A stretch of DNA of 64,000 nucleotides from Alphaproteobacteria bacterium (GTDB taxonomy: Bacteria > Pseudomonadota > Alphaproteobacteria > MPNO01 > UBA830). The stretch lies in assembly GCA_965243135.1 (NCBI GenBank), contig OZ251539.1, positions 4,928,001 to 4,992,000 on the forward strand. The letters run 5' to 3'. This document shows, piece after piece, positions 1 through 9,916 of the stretch. Within the stretch, counting starts at the first letter, position 1, and the number at the start of each line of letters is the position of its first letter. The position numbers and the translations under genes are program-made. Below the pieces are notes generated by a model. It was not told the origin of the DNA, did no database searches, and saw only the letters and a program-made list of their open reading frames with translations.

Positions 1-12
1 GAGCGGCGGCGA

Positions 13-1344
13 ATGCGGCATCTTCCTGTCTTCTTCGACATTGCGGAACGAACCTGCCTCGTCGTCGGCGACGGGGAAGCCGCCGCAAGGAAAATCGTCC
101 TTCTGCGGCGAGCCGGCGGTCGCGTCCGCGTCTCTTCTCCCCAGCGCGCGCTCGCTTCGGCCCGCGGCGCGGCCGCCGATCGCCTTCCCGACGTTTTCGA
201 CGGCTGCGCGCTCGTCGTCTCGGCGACCGGCGACCGAGCGGTCGACGCCGTCGTTTCGCGCGAGGCGAAACGACGGGGCATTCCGGTCAACGTGGTGGAC
301 GCCCCCGCGCTCTGCACCTTTCAGATACCGGCGATCGTCGACCGCGATCCAGTTCTGGTGGCGATCTCGACCGGCGGCGCGGCGCCGGTTCTCGCGCGCT
401 GGATCCGCCGCCGGATCGAGCGGGCGTTGCCCGCCGCGCTCGATCGCCTGGGCCGGTTCGCCGCGCGATGGCGAAGCGCGCTGCAGCGAGCCGGCGCATC
501 GAGGCAAGTCTGGGAAGACGCCTTCGACGGCCCCGCCGCGGAACTCGCGCTGCAAGGCCGCGACGACGAAGCCGACCGCGCGATGCGGGCGCTGCTCGCC
601 GCCGACAGGCCGGCGACCGGCGTCGTCCATCTCGTGGGGGCCGGGCCGGGCGATCCGGAACTGCTGACGCTCAAGGCCCACCGCCTGCTGCAGAGCGCGG
701 ACGCCATCGTCTACGACCGGCTGATCCCGGAGGCCGTGCTGAACCTCGCCCGCCGCGACGCGGATCTCGTCTACGCCGGAAAAGCGCCCGGCGCGCACGC
801 CATGCCGCAGAACGAGATCAACGACCTGCTGGTGGCTCTCGGCAGCGAGGGGAAGCGGGTGGTCAGGCTGAAGGGAGGCGACCCCTTCGTCTTCGGGCGC
901 GGCGGCGAGGAAATGCTGGCCGTGGAAGCGGCCGGAATCCCCTGTCACGTCGTTCCCGGAATTACCGCGGCGACGGGCTGCGCGGCGGCAGCGGGCGTTC
1001 CGCTCACCCATCGCGGCGTCGCCCGCAGCTGCGCTTTCGTCACGGGGCATGGCGGCGCGGAAGACTGGGCGGCGCTCGCCCGCGGCGACCGGACGATCGT
1101 CGTGCATATGGGCAGATCCGCGCTGCCGGACGTCGCCGGCCGATTGCTGCGGCGCGGCCTGCCCGCCGGAACGCCGGTCGCGGTGATCGAGAACGGAACC
1201 GCCGAGGACCAGCGCGTCGTCACGGGCACGCTGGCGACGATCGCCGGGAAGGCCCGGCGCCTGACCGGCCCGGCGCTCGCCATCATCGGAGAGACGGCGG
1301 CGTTCGCGCGCTCGCCCGCCCGTCCCGAACGCCTTGCCGCCTGA
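13..1344 (+). CDS. cysG: Siroheme synthase (precorrin-2 dehydrogenase/chelatase fused to uroporphyrinogen-III C-methyltransferase)
   Basis: N-terminal Rossmann-like LVVGDGEAA, VNVVD..C.F..PAIVDR, and SUMT motifs VGAGPGDPELLTLKA, RLKGGDPFVFGRGGEE, VVPGITAA; heads a sulfite reductase operon. Confidence 0.95.
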   Translation: MRHLPVFFDIAERTCLVVGDGEAAARKIVLLRRAGGRVRVSSPQRALASARGAAADRLPDVFDGCALVVSATGDRAVDAVVSREAKRRGIPVNVVDAPALCTFQIPAIVDRDPVLVAISTGGAAPVLARWIRRRIERALPAALDRLGRFAARWRSALQRAGASRQVWEDAFDGPAAELALQGRDDEADRAMRALLAADRPATGVVHLVGAGPGDPELLTLKAHRLLQSADAIVYDRLIPEAVLNLARRDADLVYAGKAPGAHAMPQNEINDLLVALGSEGKRVVRLKGGDPFVFGRGGEEMLAVEAAGIPCHVVPGITAATGCAAAAGVPLTHRGVARSCAFVTGHGGAEDWAALARGDRTIVVHMGRSALPDVAGRLLRRGLPAGTPVAVIENGTAEDQRVVTGTLATIAGKARRLTGPALAIIGETAAFARSPARPERLAA

Positions 1345-1355
1345 GGAGATCGACA

Positions 1356-1640
1356 GTGAGAATTCTGACCGCGAACAGGCTCGCCGACGGGCGCGTCGTC
1401 TATCTGGGGGCCGGCGGATGGAGCCGGGATCCCTCCGCGGCCCGCCGCGCGCGCGACGACCGGGAAGCCGCGCTGCTCGACGCCGAAGGCCGAAGGGCGG
1501 CGGCGGAGAACCGCGTAACCGATCCGTATCTGATCGAACTCGCGGACGGCGTCCCGGCGCGCCGCCGGGAGAGAATCCGGGCGCTCGGACCGACCGTGCG
1601 CGCCGACCTCGCCCGCCGGACCGGAAAAGGAGAAGGATAG
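1356..1640 (+). CDS. DUF2849 family small protein (94 aa)
   Basis: GTG at 1356 after GAGGAG RBS; ILTANRLADGRVVYL ... DPYLIE ... RERIRALGPTV is the typical DUF2849 pattern, in its usual position between cysG and cysI. Confidence 0.85.
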   Translation: MRILTANRLADGRVVYLGAGGWSRDPSAARRARDDREAALLDAEGRRAAAENRVTDPYLIELADGVPARRRERIRALGPTVRADLARRTGKGEG

Positions 1641-1642
1641 AC

Positions 1643-3283
1643 ATGTACCGCTACGACGAATTCGACCGGACTCTCGTCGCCGAGCGCGTCGCGCAGTTCC
1701 GCGACCAGACGGCGCGCCGGCTGTCGGGAGAGCTGACGGAAGAGCAGTTCAAGCCGCTCCGGCTGATGAACGGCCTGTATCTGCAGTTGCACGGCTACAT
1801 GCTGCGCGTCGCCGTCCCCTACGGGACCCTGTCGTCCGTGCAGATGAGACGCCTCGCGCGCGTCGCGCGGGTCTACGATCGCGGCTACGGCCACTTCACG
1901 ACGCGGCAAAACGTCCAGTTCAACTGGCCGCGCCTCGTCGACGCGCCGGACATTCTGGAAGAACTCGCCGAAGTCGGGATGCACGCGATGCAGACTTCGG
2001 GCAACTGCATCCGAAACGTGACGTCGGATCCCTACGCGGGCGCCGCCCGGGACGAGATCGAGGATCCGCGCGTCTACGCGGAAATCGTCCGCCAGTGGTC
2101 CACCCTGCACCCCGAGTTCTCCTTCCTCCCTCGCAAGTTCAAGATCGCGGTCACCGGCGCTCCCGCCGACCGGACGGCGGCGAAACTGCACGACATTGGC
2201 CTCGCGATGGTGCGAAACGGCGACGGGGAGGCCGGTTTTCGCGTCGACGTGGGCGGCGGGCAGGGGCGGACCCCGGCGATCGCGGAGACCATCCGGGGAT
2301 TCTTGCCGAAGCGCGACCTGCTGCCCTATCTGGAGGCGATCCTGCGCGTCTACAACCTGCTGGGGCGGCGGGACAACCTCTACAAGGCGCGCGTCAAGAT
2401 CCTGGTCCGGTCCGAAGGCGTCGACCGGTTCGCGGCGCGCGTCGAGGAGGAATTCGGCCGTCTGCGGGGCGGCGCCCTGACGCTGCCGCCGGAAGAAATC
2501 GCGCGCATTGAAGCCCGCTTCGCGGCGCCGTCCTACGAGGCGGCGGAAGAGCGGTCCGTTCCTGCGGGCGGCGGCGCGGAGTTCGCCGACTGGCTGCGCG
2601 CGAATGTCGCGCCGCACAAGCGCCCCGGCTACGCGATCGTCAACATTTCGCTCAAGCCGCCGGGCGGCATTCCGGGCGACGCGTCGGCAGGTCAGATGGA
2701 AGCGGTCGCCGACCTCGCGGAACGTCACTCCATGTCCGACATCCGCGTCACCCACGAACAGAATCTCGTCCTCCCGCACGTGCGGCAGGACCGGCTCCTC
2801 GATCTCTGGCTGGCGCTCGGGATCCATGGCCTCGCGACGGCCAATATCGGCCGCGCCGGCGACATCATAGCCTGTCCCGGCCTCGACTACTGCAACCTGG
2901 CGAGCGCGCGGTCGATTCCGGTCGCGCAACGGATCGGAGAACGCCTCGAGGGCCGGCAACGCGGCATCGGCCCGCTCACGATCAACATTTCGGGCTGCGT
3001 CAACGCGTGCGGCCACCACCACGTGGGCAATATCGGCCTTCTCGGCGTCGAGAAGAACGGCGAGGAGTTCTATCAGGTCACGCTCGGCGGGCGCGCCGAC
3101 GAAGACGCCGCGATCGGCAGGATCGTCGGTCCCGCGTTTTCCCGCGACGAGGCGCCGGCCGCCGTCGAAACCATCGTGGATACCTATCTGGAGCAACGCG
3201 AGGACGAGAGCGAAAGCTTCGTCGACGCCTATATCCGGCTCGGAGAAGCCCCGTTCAGGGAGGCGTTGAATGCCGCTCGTTAA
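1643..3283 (+). CDS. cysI: Nitrite/sulfite reductase hemoprotein subunit (546 aa)
   Basis: Start MYRYDEFD after GGAGAAGG; RLMNGLYLQLH, HFTTRQNVQF, TSGNCIRN, LPRKFKIA, siroheme/4Fe-4S ligands ACPGLDYC and SGCVNACGHH. Confidence 0.93.
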   Translation: MYRYDEFDRTLVAERVAQFRDQTARRLSGELTEEQFKPLRLMNGLYLQLHGYMLRVAVPYGTLSSVQMRRLARVARVYDRGYGHFTTRQNVQFNWPRLVDAPDILEELAEVGMHAMQTSGNCIRNVTSDPYAGAARDEIEDPRVYAEIVRQWSTLHPEFSFLPRKFKIAVTGAPADRTAAKLHDIGLAMVRNGDGEAGFRVDVGGGQGRTPAIAETIRGFLPKRDLLPYLEAILRVYNLLGRRDNLYKARVKILVRSEGVDRFAARVEEEFGRLRGGALTLPPEEIARIEARFAAPSYEAAEERSVPAGGGAEFADWLRANVAPHKRPGYAIVNISLKPPGGIPGDASAGQMEAVADLAERHSMSDIRVTHEQNLVLPHVRQDRLLDLWLALGIHGLATANIGRAGDIIACPGLDYCNLASARSIPVAQRIGERLEGRQRGIGPLTINISGCVNACGHHHVGNIGLLGVEKNGEEFYQVTLGGRADEDAAIGRIVGPAFSRDEAPAAVETIVDTYLEQREDESESFVDAYIRLGEAPFREALNAAR

Positions 3284-3776
3284 GAATCGGAAAATCGTCG
3301 AGGACGGCTGGATCCATGTCGCCGACGGCGACGAGGTTCCGGCGTCCGGCGCCGTCATCGTCGGCGCCGGACGCTGGATCGCCGAACGCGAATCGCTGAC
3401 GCGGCGCAACGCTCCCGTCGGCGTCCTGCTTCGCAACGACCAGGATCCGGCGGAAGTGGCGGCGGATCTTGATCGTTTCGGCGTCGTCGCGCTCGAGTTT
3501 CCATCGTTCAGGGACGGCCGCGCCTATACCCAGGCGCGCCTGCTGCGGGAGCGGTACGGGTTTCGCGGCGAACTGCGCGCCACCGGAGAGGTGCTGCGCG
3601 ACCAGGCGCCCTTCATGCGGAGATGCGGCATCGACGCGTTCGAAACAGGCAGCGGCGCCGACGCCGGAGCGTTCGCAAGGGCGATCTCCGAAATAAGCGT
3701 TTTCTATCAGCCCGACGCCGACGGAAGCGGCCCGGCGGCGGCGCGCCGCGGGGCGACGGCCAGCTGGGCTTACTGA
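3270..3776 (+). CDS. DUF934 family protein
   Basis: ALEFPSFRDGRAYTQARLLRERYGFRGELRATGEVLRDQ..FM.RCG.DAF; overlaps the cysI stop. Confidence 0.92.
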   Translation: MPLVKNRKIVEDGWIHVADGDEVPASGAVIVGAGRWIAERESLTRRNAPVGVLLRNDQDPAEVAADLDRFGVVALEFPSFRDGRAYTQARLLRERYGFRGELRATGEVLRDQAPFMRRCGIDAFETGSGADAGAFARAISEISVFYQPDADGSGPAAARRGATASWAY

Positions 3777-3844
3777 CTCCCGACTCCGCTCCGTCTTCAA
3801 GATGCTATGCTGGCGGCCGTACGCAACCTGCGAGCGAGGGAGGC

Positions 3845-4975
3845 ATGACGGCAAGCAACCGCGACGCTCGGCTCGCGGCGCTCTACGACCGGCTCGAACG
3901 GCTCGACATGGCGCCCTACTGGGCGGTTCGCAACGACGCGAACGACCACGACGAGGACGGGCAGGTTCTGAAGGGACGCCATGCGACGCCGTTCGCATGG
4001 AAATACGCCGATATCGAACCGCTGCTCCGCGACGCGGCGGAACTGATCACGATGGACGATTCCGAACGCCGCTCCATCGTCCTGGTCAATCCGGGCCTGG
4101 CGCCGGTTTGCGCCACGGTGTCCACCCTCTATACGGCCTATCGCCTGAACGATCCCCGCGAAGTCATGCCCCCGCATCGCCATTCGATCAACGCCGTGAG
4201 AGTCGGCCTGACGGGCAGCCGGAATTTCACGGGCGTCGAGGGCGAACCGATCACCTTCGGTCCGGGCGACGTGGTGCTCACCCCGGCGGACGCCTGGCAC
4301 AACCACGGCAATCACGGGGACGAATTCGCCGTCAACGTGAGCGTCCTCGATCTGCCGCTTTCGGAAGTGCTCAACGCAGCCAGCTTCGAGCACGGATATT
4401 CCGAAGGGGAAGGCGGCGAGAAGATCTCGCGGCGCGAACAGTCCGTCCGTTTTCGCGACGACCACTCGCACCGAACCTACGGCCACGGCGGGTTGAGGCC
4501 GCGCTTCGTCGACCACGCGCGCGGCACCGGGCGGCATTCGCCGATGTACGTGTACAGGTGGCAACGAACGCGGGAACTGCTCGACGCCTTTCGCGACCAC
4601 GACGGCAATCCCTGGGACGCGATCATGGTCGAGTATACGGATCCCGTTTCCGGCCGGACCGTTTATCCGACGATGACGTTCTTCGGCCAGCTTCTGAGGC
4701 CCGGAGAGCGCACCCGCCCGCAGCGGCAGAACGCGAGTCTGGTTTGCATCCCGTTCCACGGCAGGGGATACAGCGAGATCGGCGGACGGAGGTTCGATTG
4801 GGAACCGTTCGACGCGGTCGCCGTGCCGGGCGGCCATTGGTACGAACACGCCAACGGCTCCGATTCGGAAGACGCAATCCTGTTCGTTGCAAGCGACGAG
4901 CCGACGCTGAAAGCTCTCGGCTTTTACAGGCGCCACGGACGGACGGACGACGGCGCGGTCGTCGAGCTGGATTAA
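3845..4975 (+). CDS. Bicupin dioxygenase, gentisate 1,2-dioxygenase-like (376 aa)
   Basis: ATG after GGGAGG; SERRSIVLVNPG, PPHRHS, GDVVLTPADAWHNHGN, EYTDPVSG...PTM, C-terminal FVASDEPTLKALGFYR. Confidence 0.8.
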   Translation: MTASNRDARLAALYDRLERLDMAPYWAVRNDANDHDEDGQVLKGRHATPFAWKYADIEPLLRDAAELITMDDSERRSIVLVNPGLAPVCATVSTLYTAYRLNDPREVMPPHRHSINAVRVGLTGSRNFTGVEGEPITFGPGDVVLTPADAWHNHGNHGDEFAVNVSVLDLPLSEVLNAASFEHGYSEGEGGEKISRREQSVRFRDDHSHRTYGHGGLRPRFVDHARGTGRHSPMYVYRWQRTRELLDAFRDHDGNPWDAIMVEYTDPVSGRTVYPTMTFFGQLLRPGERTRPQRQNASLVCIPFHGRGYSEIGGRRFDWEPFDAVAVPGGHWYEHANGSDSEDAILFVASDEPTLKALGFYRRHGRTDDGAVVELD

Positions 4976-5123
4976 CGGCGCTTGCCGGAAGTTCATGTCG
5001 GCCGTTTTCGCGGGCCGCCGGCTCGCCGGCCGAGCGAACGCGACGGCCCTCCCGGAACCTTCTTCCCGCCGCCGGCCGTGACGAGACCCCCGCGGCGGAA
5101 ACGGCTCTCGCCGCGACGCCCGC

Positions 5124-6137
5124 CTACGGCCTGCGCGACTTCGCCAGAACGACCGTCGCGTATATCGTCTGAAACAACAGGAACGGCAGAAACGCCAGCC
5201 AGCCGTCTTCAGGCGGCAGCCGGATCAGAACGAGCGCGCCGAGGCCCTGCGCGACGGCGACGCCGAAATGAAACAGGCTGACTTGCGCATGGGTAAGGCC
5301 CGTGCCGGTCATCAATTGATAGAGGTGCTCGCGGTGCGCCTGGGTGATGTTTTCCCCTCGCAACGCCCGCCGGCAGAACGTGAAGACCGTGTCGAAAATG
5401 AAATTGAAGAACAGAAGAGGGACGACCAGGAGCGATGCGGACGCCGGATCGGCGGCGGCGACCGCGAGGGCGGCGAGGGCGAACCCGACGAACAGGCTCC
5501 CGACATCGCCCATGAACAGCCGCGCCCGGGGAAAGTTGAAGACCAGAAATCCGGCCACGCTCGCCGCCAGGGCGACGCAGAGAACGGGAACGAACGGCGG
5601 ATCGCCCGAAAGCGTCGCCGCGGCGAGAAAAGCGGCGGCGATCACGGCCGTGCCTCCGGCAAGGCCGTCGATGCCGTCCATGAAATTGAAGATGTTGGTC
5701 ATTGCGACGAGCCATGCGAGCGTCACGGCGAAACCGGCCCAACCGAGGCCGACCGCGCCGACGCCGGGCACCGGAAAATGCGTGAACGCAATGCCCGACG
5801 CCGGCACCGCAGCCGCCGCGGCGATCTGGACGGCGAGCTTGACCCTGAACGTCGCGAAGCGCCCGAGATCGTCGAGAAGGCCGATCAGCGCCATGCCCGC
5901 CGCCGCCGCGGCGATCGCCGCCGCTCCGCAGGCGAGTCCGTCTTCCGTCGCCCAGACGAAAGCGAGACCGACCGCGAACGCGGCGAAGATCCCTATTCCC
6001 CCGGTGGAAGGCGTCGGCCGCTCGTGACTCGATCGGGCGTTGGGCACGTCGAGGACGCCGAGGCGCATGACCAGCATGCAGACGCAGACGGAAACGAAGA
6101 AGAGGACTATTGCAAGCAGAAAATACGACGCAGGCAT
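5124..6137 (-). CDS. MraY/WecA (glycosyltransferase family 4) polyprenyl-phosphate sugar-1-phosphate transferase (337 aa)
   Basis: LDVPNARSSHERPTPSTGG, GLLDD, TNIFNFMDGIDGLAG, FNFPRARLFMGDVGS, HREHLYQ; many TM helices. Confidence 0.9.
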   Translation of the reverse strand: MPASYFLLAIVLFFVSVCVCMLVMRLGVLDVPNARSSHERPTPSTGGIGIFAAFAVGLAFVWATEDGLACGAAAIAAAAAGMALIGLLDDLGRFATFRVKLAVQIAAAAAVPASGIAFTHFPVPGVGAVGLGWAGFAVTLAWLVAMTNIFNFMDGIDGLAGGTAVIAAAFLAAATLSGDPPFVPVLCVALAASVAGFLVFNFPRARLFMGDVGSLFVGFALAALAVAAADPASASLLVVPLLFFNFIFDTVFTFCRRALRGENITQAHREHLYQLMTGTGLTHAQVSLFHFGVAVAQGLGALVLIRLPPEDGWLAFLPFLLFQTIYATVVLAKSRRP

Positions 6138-6289
6138 GCTCCTCTCCCGGCGCGAACCGGGCCGTCCTCCGTGCCTCGCGAACGGTCGCCCCCCGGCGAA
6201 CGTGCCGCCGTCCGTCCGGTTGCGCGGACCATCTCGAAAGATATCATGGGAAAGGCGCAACCTCAACGGATCGCGACGGGAGGCGAATC

Positions 6290-7147
6290 ATGATCGAGCT
6301 TGTCGACCTGCGCTACGTGCATCTGGGCGCGGCGAACCCCGACTCCGCCGCAAGATGGGCGCGCGAGATCTACGGCCTCGAGGAAGTGGGGCGGGAGAAC
6401 GGCCGGATCTATCTTCGGGGCGACGATCGCGACCACAACATCTGTTATTTCGACGGCGATCCGACGGACCATACGGTCGGCGTGGAGGTGGCGGATCACG
6501 AGGCGCTGGACGCGGCGGCGCGCCGTCTCGAAGCGAACGGCGTAGAAATCTCGTGGGGCGACGACGAGGGCGCGCTCGCGCGCCGCTGCAGGAAATACCT
6601 GACCTTCCGGGATCCGACGGGCAACCGGTTCGATCTCGTGGTTCGGCCGTTCCATTCCGGCCGCCGTTTCTTTCCGAGCCGGGACGCCGGCATCTACTGG
6701 TTCAACCATATCGGCCTCAAGACGACCGACGCGCCTCGGGACGAGAAATTCTGGTGCAGCCTGTTCAATTTCCGGGCCAACGACTGGATCGGGGACGCGG
6801 CGTTGATGTCGTTCGACAACGTGCATCACCGGTTCGCGCTGTTTCCCACCGACCGCGCCGGCGTTCAGCACATCAATTTCCAGGTGCGGGAGACCGACGA
6901 CATCATGCGGTCGTCCTACTTCCTGCAGGAACGCCAAGAGCGCATCGTCTTCGGCCCCGGCCGCCACGCGACCTCGGGCGCGCGCTTTCTCTATTTCGAG
7001 GGGCCGGACGGCATGGTCTACGAATACTCCTGCGGCGTCCGCATGATCGAACCGGAAGACGGCTGGCGGCCGCGCCAGTTTCCGTTCGTCCCCGAGTCGT
7101 TCTGCGTCTGGGGATCCAAGCCGGACGTTCCGGAATTCCGGGAATGA
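6290..7147 (+). CDS. VOC-family extradiol ring-cleavage dioxygenase, 2,3-dihydroxy-p-cumate/2,3-dihydroxybenzoate 3,4-dioxygenase-like (285 aa)
   Basis: ATG after GGGAGG; two VOC domains with metal ligands in NHIGL, QHINF and YEYS; FGPGRHATSGARFLYFEGPDG. Confidence 0.8.
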   Translation: MIELVDLRYVHLGAANPDSAARWAREIYGLEEVGRENGRIYLRGDDRDHNICYFDGDPTDHTVGVEVADHEALDAAARRLEANGVEISWGDDEGALARRCRKYLTFRDPTGNRFDLVVRPFHSGRRFFPSRDAGIYWFNHIGLKTTDAPRDEKFWCSLFNFRANDWIGDAALMSFDNVHHRFALFPTDRAGVQHINFQVRETDDIMRSSYFLQERQERIVFGPGRHATSGARFLYFEGPDGMVYEYSCGVRMIEPEDGWRPRQFPFVPESFCVWGSKPDVPEFRE

Positions 7148-7827
7148 CGGACGGGGCGTTCGAACCGACGCAGCGCCGGGTCCGCGCGGCGGCCCGCGCG
7201 CTCGGTCGCAACGGCCTCGGACACGCCTACGGCCACGTCAGCGCCCGGCTCGACCCCGACCGCTTCCTTGTCTGCGCGCCGAAACCGATGGGACTGATCG
7301 CCCCCGGGGAGCCGGGCGCGGTCGTTCCGATCGACGGCCCGTTGCCCGAAGGCGTGCTCGGCGAGGTGCGGTGCCATCAGCAGATCTACAGGCGACGGCC
7401 GGACGTGAACGGCATCGCGCGCACCTTTCTGCGCGACGTCATGACTCTGTCCACTTTTCGCCGAACCCCCAAAGCGCGGATCGGGTTCGGGAGCTACTTC
7501 GCCCCGATGCCGCCTTTGTGGGACGACCCGGCGCTGTTGCGCGACGACGCGGCCGCCGCAGCGCTGGCGGAAACGCTTGGCGGCGCGCGAGCCGTCGTGA
7601 TGCGCGGCAACGGTTGCATCCTTACCGGCGCGACGGTCGAGGAAGCGATCGTCATGGCGTTCTATCTGGAAGAGGCGGCGAAGACGGAACTCGCCGTCAT
7701 GGCGACGGGCAAAGAGGACGAGTCTCAGGTGCTCTCGGATCGGGAGGCCCGAAGCCGTGCCGTAGCGTCGGGCCGCATATTCGAGCGCATGTGGGAATAT
7801 CTGTCGGCCGGAGATCCGGAACTCTGA
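7144..7827 (+). CDS. Class II aldolase/adducin family protein, ring-fission-product (HCOMODA-type) decarboxylase-like (227 aa)
   Basis: ATGA overlap with the dioxygenase; HAYGHVSAR, EVRCHQQIYRRRPDVNG, VMRGNG. Confidence 0.78.
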   Translation: MTDGAFEPTQRRVRAAARALGRNGLGHAYGHVSARLDPDRFLVCAPKPMGLIAPGEPGAVVPIDGPLPEGVLGEVRCHQQIYRRRPDVNGIARTFLRDVMTLSTFRRTPKARIGFGSYFAPMPPLWDDPALLRDDAAAAALAETLGGARAVVMRGNGCILTGATVEEAIVMAFYLEEAAKTELAVMATGKEDESQVLSDREARSRAVASGRIFERMWEYLSAGDPEL

Positions 7828-8031
7828 CGGTTCCCGCGAGAAGCCGCGCTTCGTCGGAGTGACGACGGCCGACCGCGGCGGAAGAGCTGGCGCTTCGGGC
7901 CGAGGGAGTGGCGGTCATGAAATTCCCGACCGCCCGTTCGATGACCGCGGCCAACGGACGCCAATCCGGTATCCGGCCCGACGCGGCTGCGATATAGTGG
8001 TTGCCGCAAGTCGCAAAAATGGGGACCAAGC

Positions 8032-9630
8032 ATGCCGGATCGTCCGAACTTCCTCTTCATCATTACCGACCAGCAGCGCGCCGATCATCTCGGCAGTTCG
8101 GGCCACCCGGTTCTGAAGACGCCTCACATCGATTCCATCGCCGCGCGCGGAACGCGCTTCGACCGCTTTTACGTCGCCACCCCCGTCTGCCAGCCCAACC
8201 GCTCGACGCTGATGACCGGCCGGATGCCGTCGCTGCACGGCGTGCGCTCCAACGGAACCTCGCTCGACATGCGCGCCAGCACCTTCGTCGAAGCGATGCG
8301 GCTTACCGGATACGCGACCGCTCTGGTGGGCAAGAGCCATATTCAGAACATGACCGCATTCCCGCCCATGCGCGAGCGGCCGGCGCCGAAGGACGGATAC
8401 GCGTCGCTGCGCGACGTGATGCCGGAAGCCTTCGCGGCGGATTCCGAAGGAGACTATCTGCAGGAGCATCCGGAGAGGTGGCGGCCGGGCAAACCCTACG
8501 ACCTGACGCTGCCTTTCTACGGCTTCGAGCGCGTGGACCTGTGCACGGAGCATTCGGACCATGTCGGCGGGCATTACTACGTTTGGTTCAAGGAGCGGCG
8601 GAGCGACGCGGACAGCCTGCGCGACCGCGACAATCAGTTGCCGCACGACTACGTTTGTCCGCAAGCCTACCGCACTGCGATCCCGGAAGAGCATTATCCG
8701 ACGAGCTACGTCAAGCTTAAGACGATGGAGTTCATCGACCGGCACGCCGCGAGCGGCGCCGACAAGCCGTTCTTCCTGATGGCGTCCTTCCCGGATCCGC
8801 ATCATCCATTCACCCCTCCCGGCCGTTATTGGGACATGTACAGCCCGGAGGACATGGAAGTTCCGGCGAGCTACGACTACGGCAATCGACAGCCGCCGCC
8901 GCACGTTAAATGGGCTCGCGAATCCAGGGCGGCGGGAAAAGCGGTGGTGACTTCCCAGAACGCTTTCGCCGTCGACGAGCGCGAGGTGCGCGAGGCGCGC
9001 GCGCTGACTTGCGGCATGATCGCGATGATCGACGATGCGGTGGGAGAAATTCTCGGCAGACTCGAAGCGGCGGGACTCGCCGACGATACGATCGTCGTCT
9101 TCACCTCCGACCACGGCGACTTTCTCGGCGACCACGGATTGATGCTGAAAGGGCCGGCGCATTTCGAGGGGTTGACGCGAGTGCCGTTCATATGGGCGGA
9201 ACCGGGCGCGGCGGCGCGAACCACCGACAGCCTCGCCGGCACGATCGATATCGCGCAGACCGTCCTCGATCGCGCCCGGATCGAACCGTACAACGGCATC
9301 CAGGGCCGAAGTCTGCTCGCCGCGGCCGCAGGCGCCGACGATCCGGACGAAGTGGACTCCGTTGTCGTCGAAGACGACCAGCAACGGGTGTATTTCGGCT
9401 ACGACAGCCCGCCGCGCATTCGCACGATCGTTACGCGCACCCATCGCATGACCGTGTCCCGAGAGGCCGAGTGGGGAGAGCTATACGATCTCGCGAACGA
9501 TCCCGACGAAATGGAAAATCTTTTCCACGATCCGGCGCACGCCGCGCTGCGCGGCGAGTTGTTCGAGCGTCTGGCCTACCGTCAGATGGAACTCGTCGAC
9601 ACCAGCCCGATGCCGACCATGCGGGCGTGA
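8032..9630 (+). CDS. Cys-type (formylglycine-dependent) sulfatase
   Basis: PNFLFIITDQQRAD, CxPxR motif CQPNRSTLMTG, VGKSH, DPHHPF, TSDHGDFLGDHG, ELYDLANDPDEMENL; no signal peptide seen. Confidence 0.92.
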   Translation: MPDRPNFLFIITDQQRADHLGSSGHPVLKTPHIDSIAARGTRFDRFYVATPVCQPNRSTLMTGRMPSLHGVRSNGTSLDMRASTFVEAMRLTGYATALVGKSHIQNMTAFPPMRERPAPKDGYASLRDVMPEAFAADSEGDYLQEHPERWRPGKPYDLTLPFYGFERVDLCTEHSDHVGGHYYVWFKERRSDADSLRDRDNQLPHDYVCPQAYRTAIPEEHYPTSYVKLKTMEFIDRHAASGADKPFFLMASFPDPHHPFTPPGRYWDMYSPEDMEVPASYDYGNRQPPPHVKWARESRAAGKAVVTSQNAFAVDEREVREARALTCGMIAMIDDAVGEILGRLEAAGLADDTIVVFTSDHGDFLGDHGLMLKGPAHFEGLTRVPFIWAEPGAAARTTDSLAGTIDIAQTVLDRARIEPYNGIQGRSLLAAAAGADDPDEVDSVVVEDDQQRVYFGYDSPPRIRTIVTRTHRMTVSREAEWGELYDLANDPDEMENLFHDPAHAALRGELFERLAYRQMELVDTSPMPTMRA

Positions 9631-9826
9631 ACGAAGCGACCCTGCCGCTCCCTGGCCCGGCGCCGGTCGTTTCTTTTCGGCGGAGGCTCTCTTTCGCGAA
9701 CCGGCGCTCGCGCGCCGCCTGCGTTCTCCGACAACCGAACGCTCGTCTTCAGGCGTCGCGCCATGTCGGCGCCGTTTTGCCCGGCGAGCGAACGCAGAGA
9801 AAACAACAGGCGAGCGCTCCGTTCCA

Positions 9827-9916
9827 CTAGGAGCAGTGCCGCTCTCCGTCGGAGAGTTCCAGCCCTTTGTACGCAGGATGATCTTCGTAACGTCCGACAA
9901 GTTCGTGGAGGATCAT
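9827..9916 (-). pseudogene. Truncated 29-codon fragment resembling the N-terminus of a Fic-domain protein
   Basis: Reads MILHELVGRYEDHPAYKGLELSDGERHCS*; its ATG overlaps the upstream ORF stop (ATGA). The resemblance to Fic N-termini of the MILFE..G.EDHP.Y..LE.SNG.RQY type is from memory. No HPFxxGNGR motif downstream. Confidence 0.5.

Noticed and set aside
4994-9797. Shared fragments (catgtcggc..ccgtttt, gagcgaacgc) in the gaps near 4994-5041 and 9762-9796
   Set aside because: Short, differently spaced and only two instances; cannot be told from chance.
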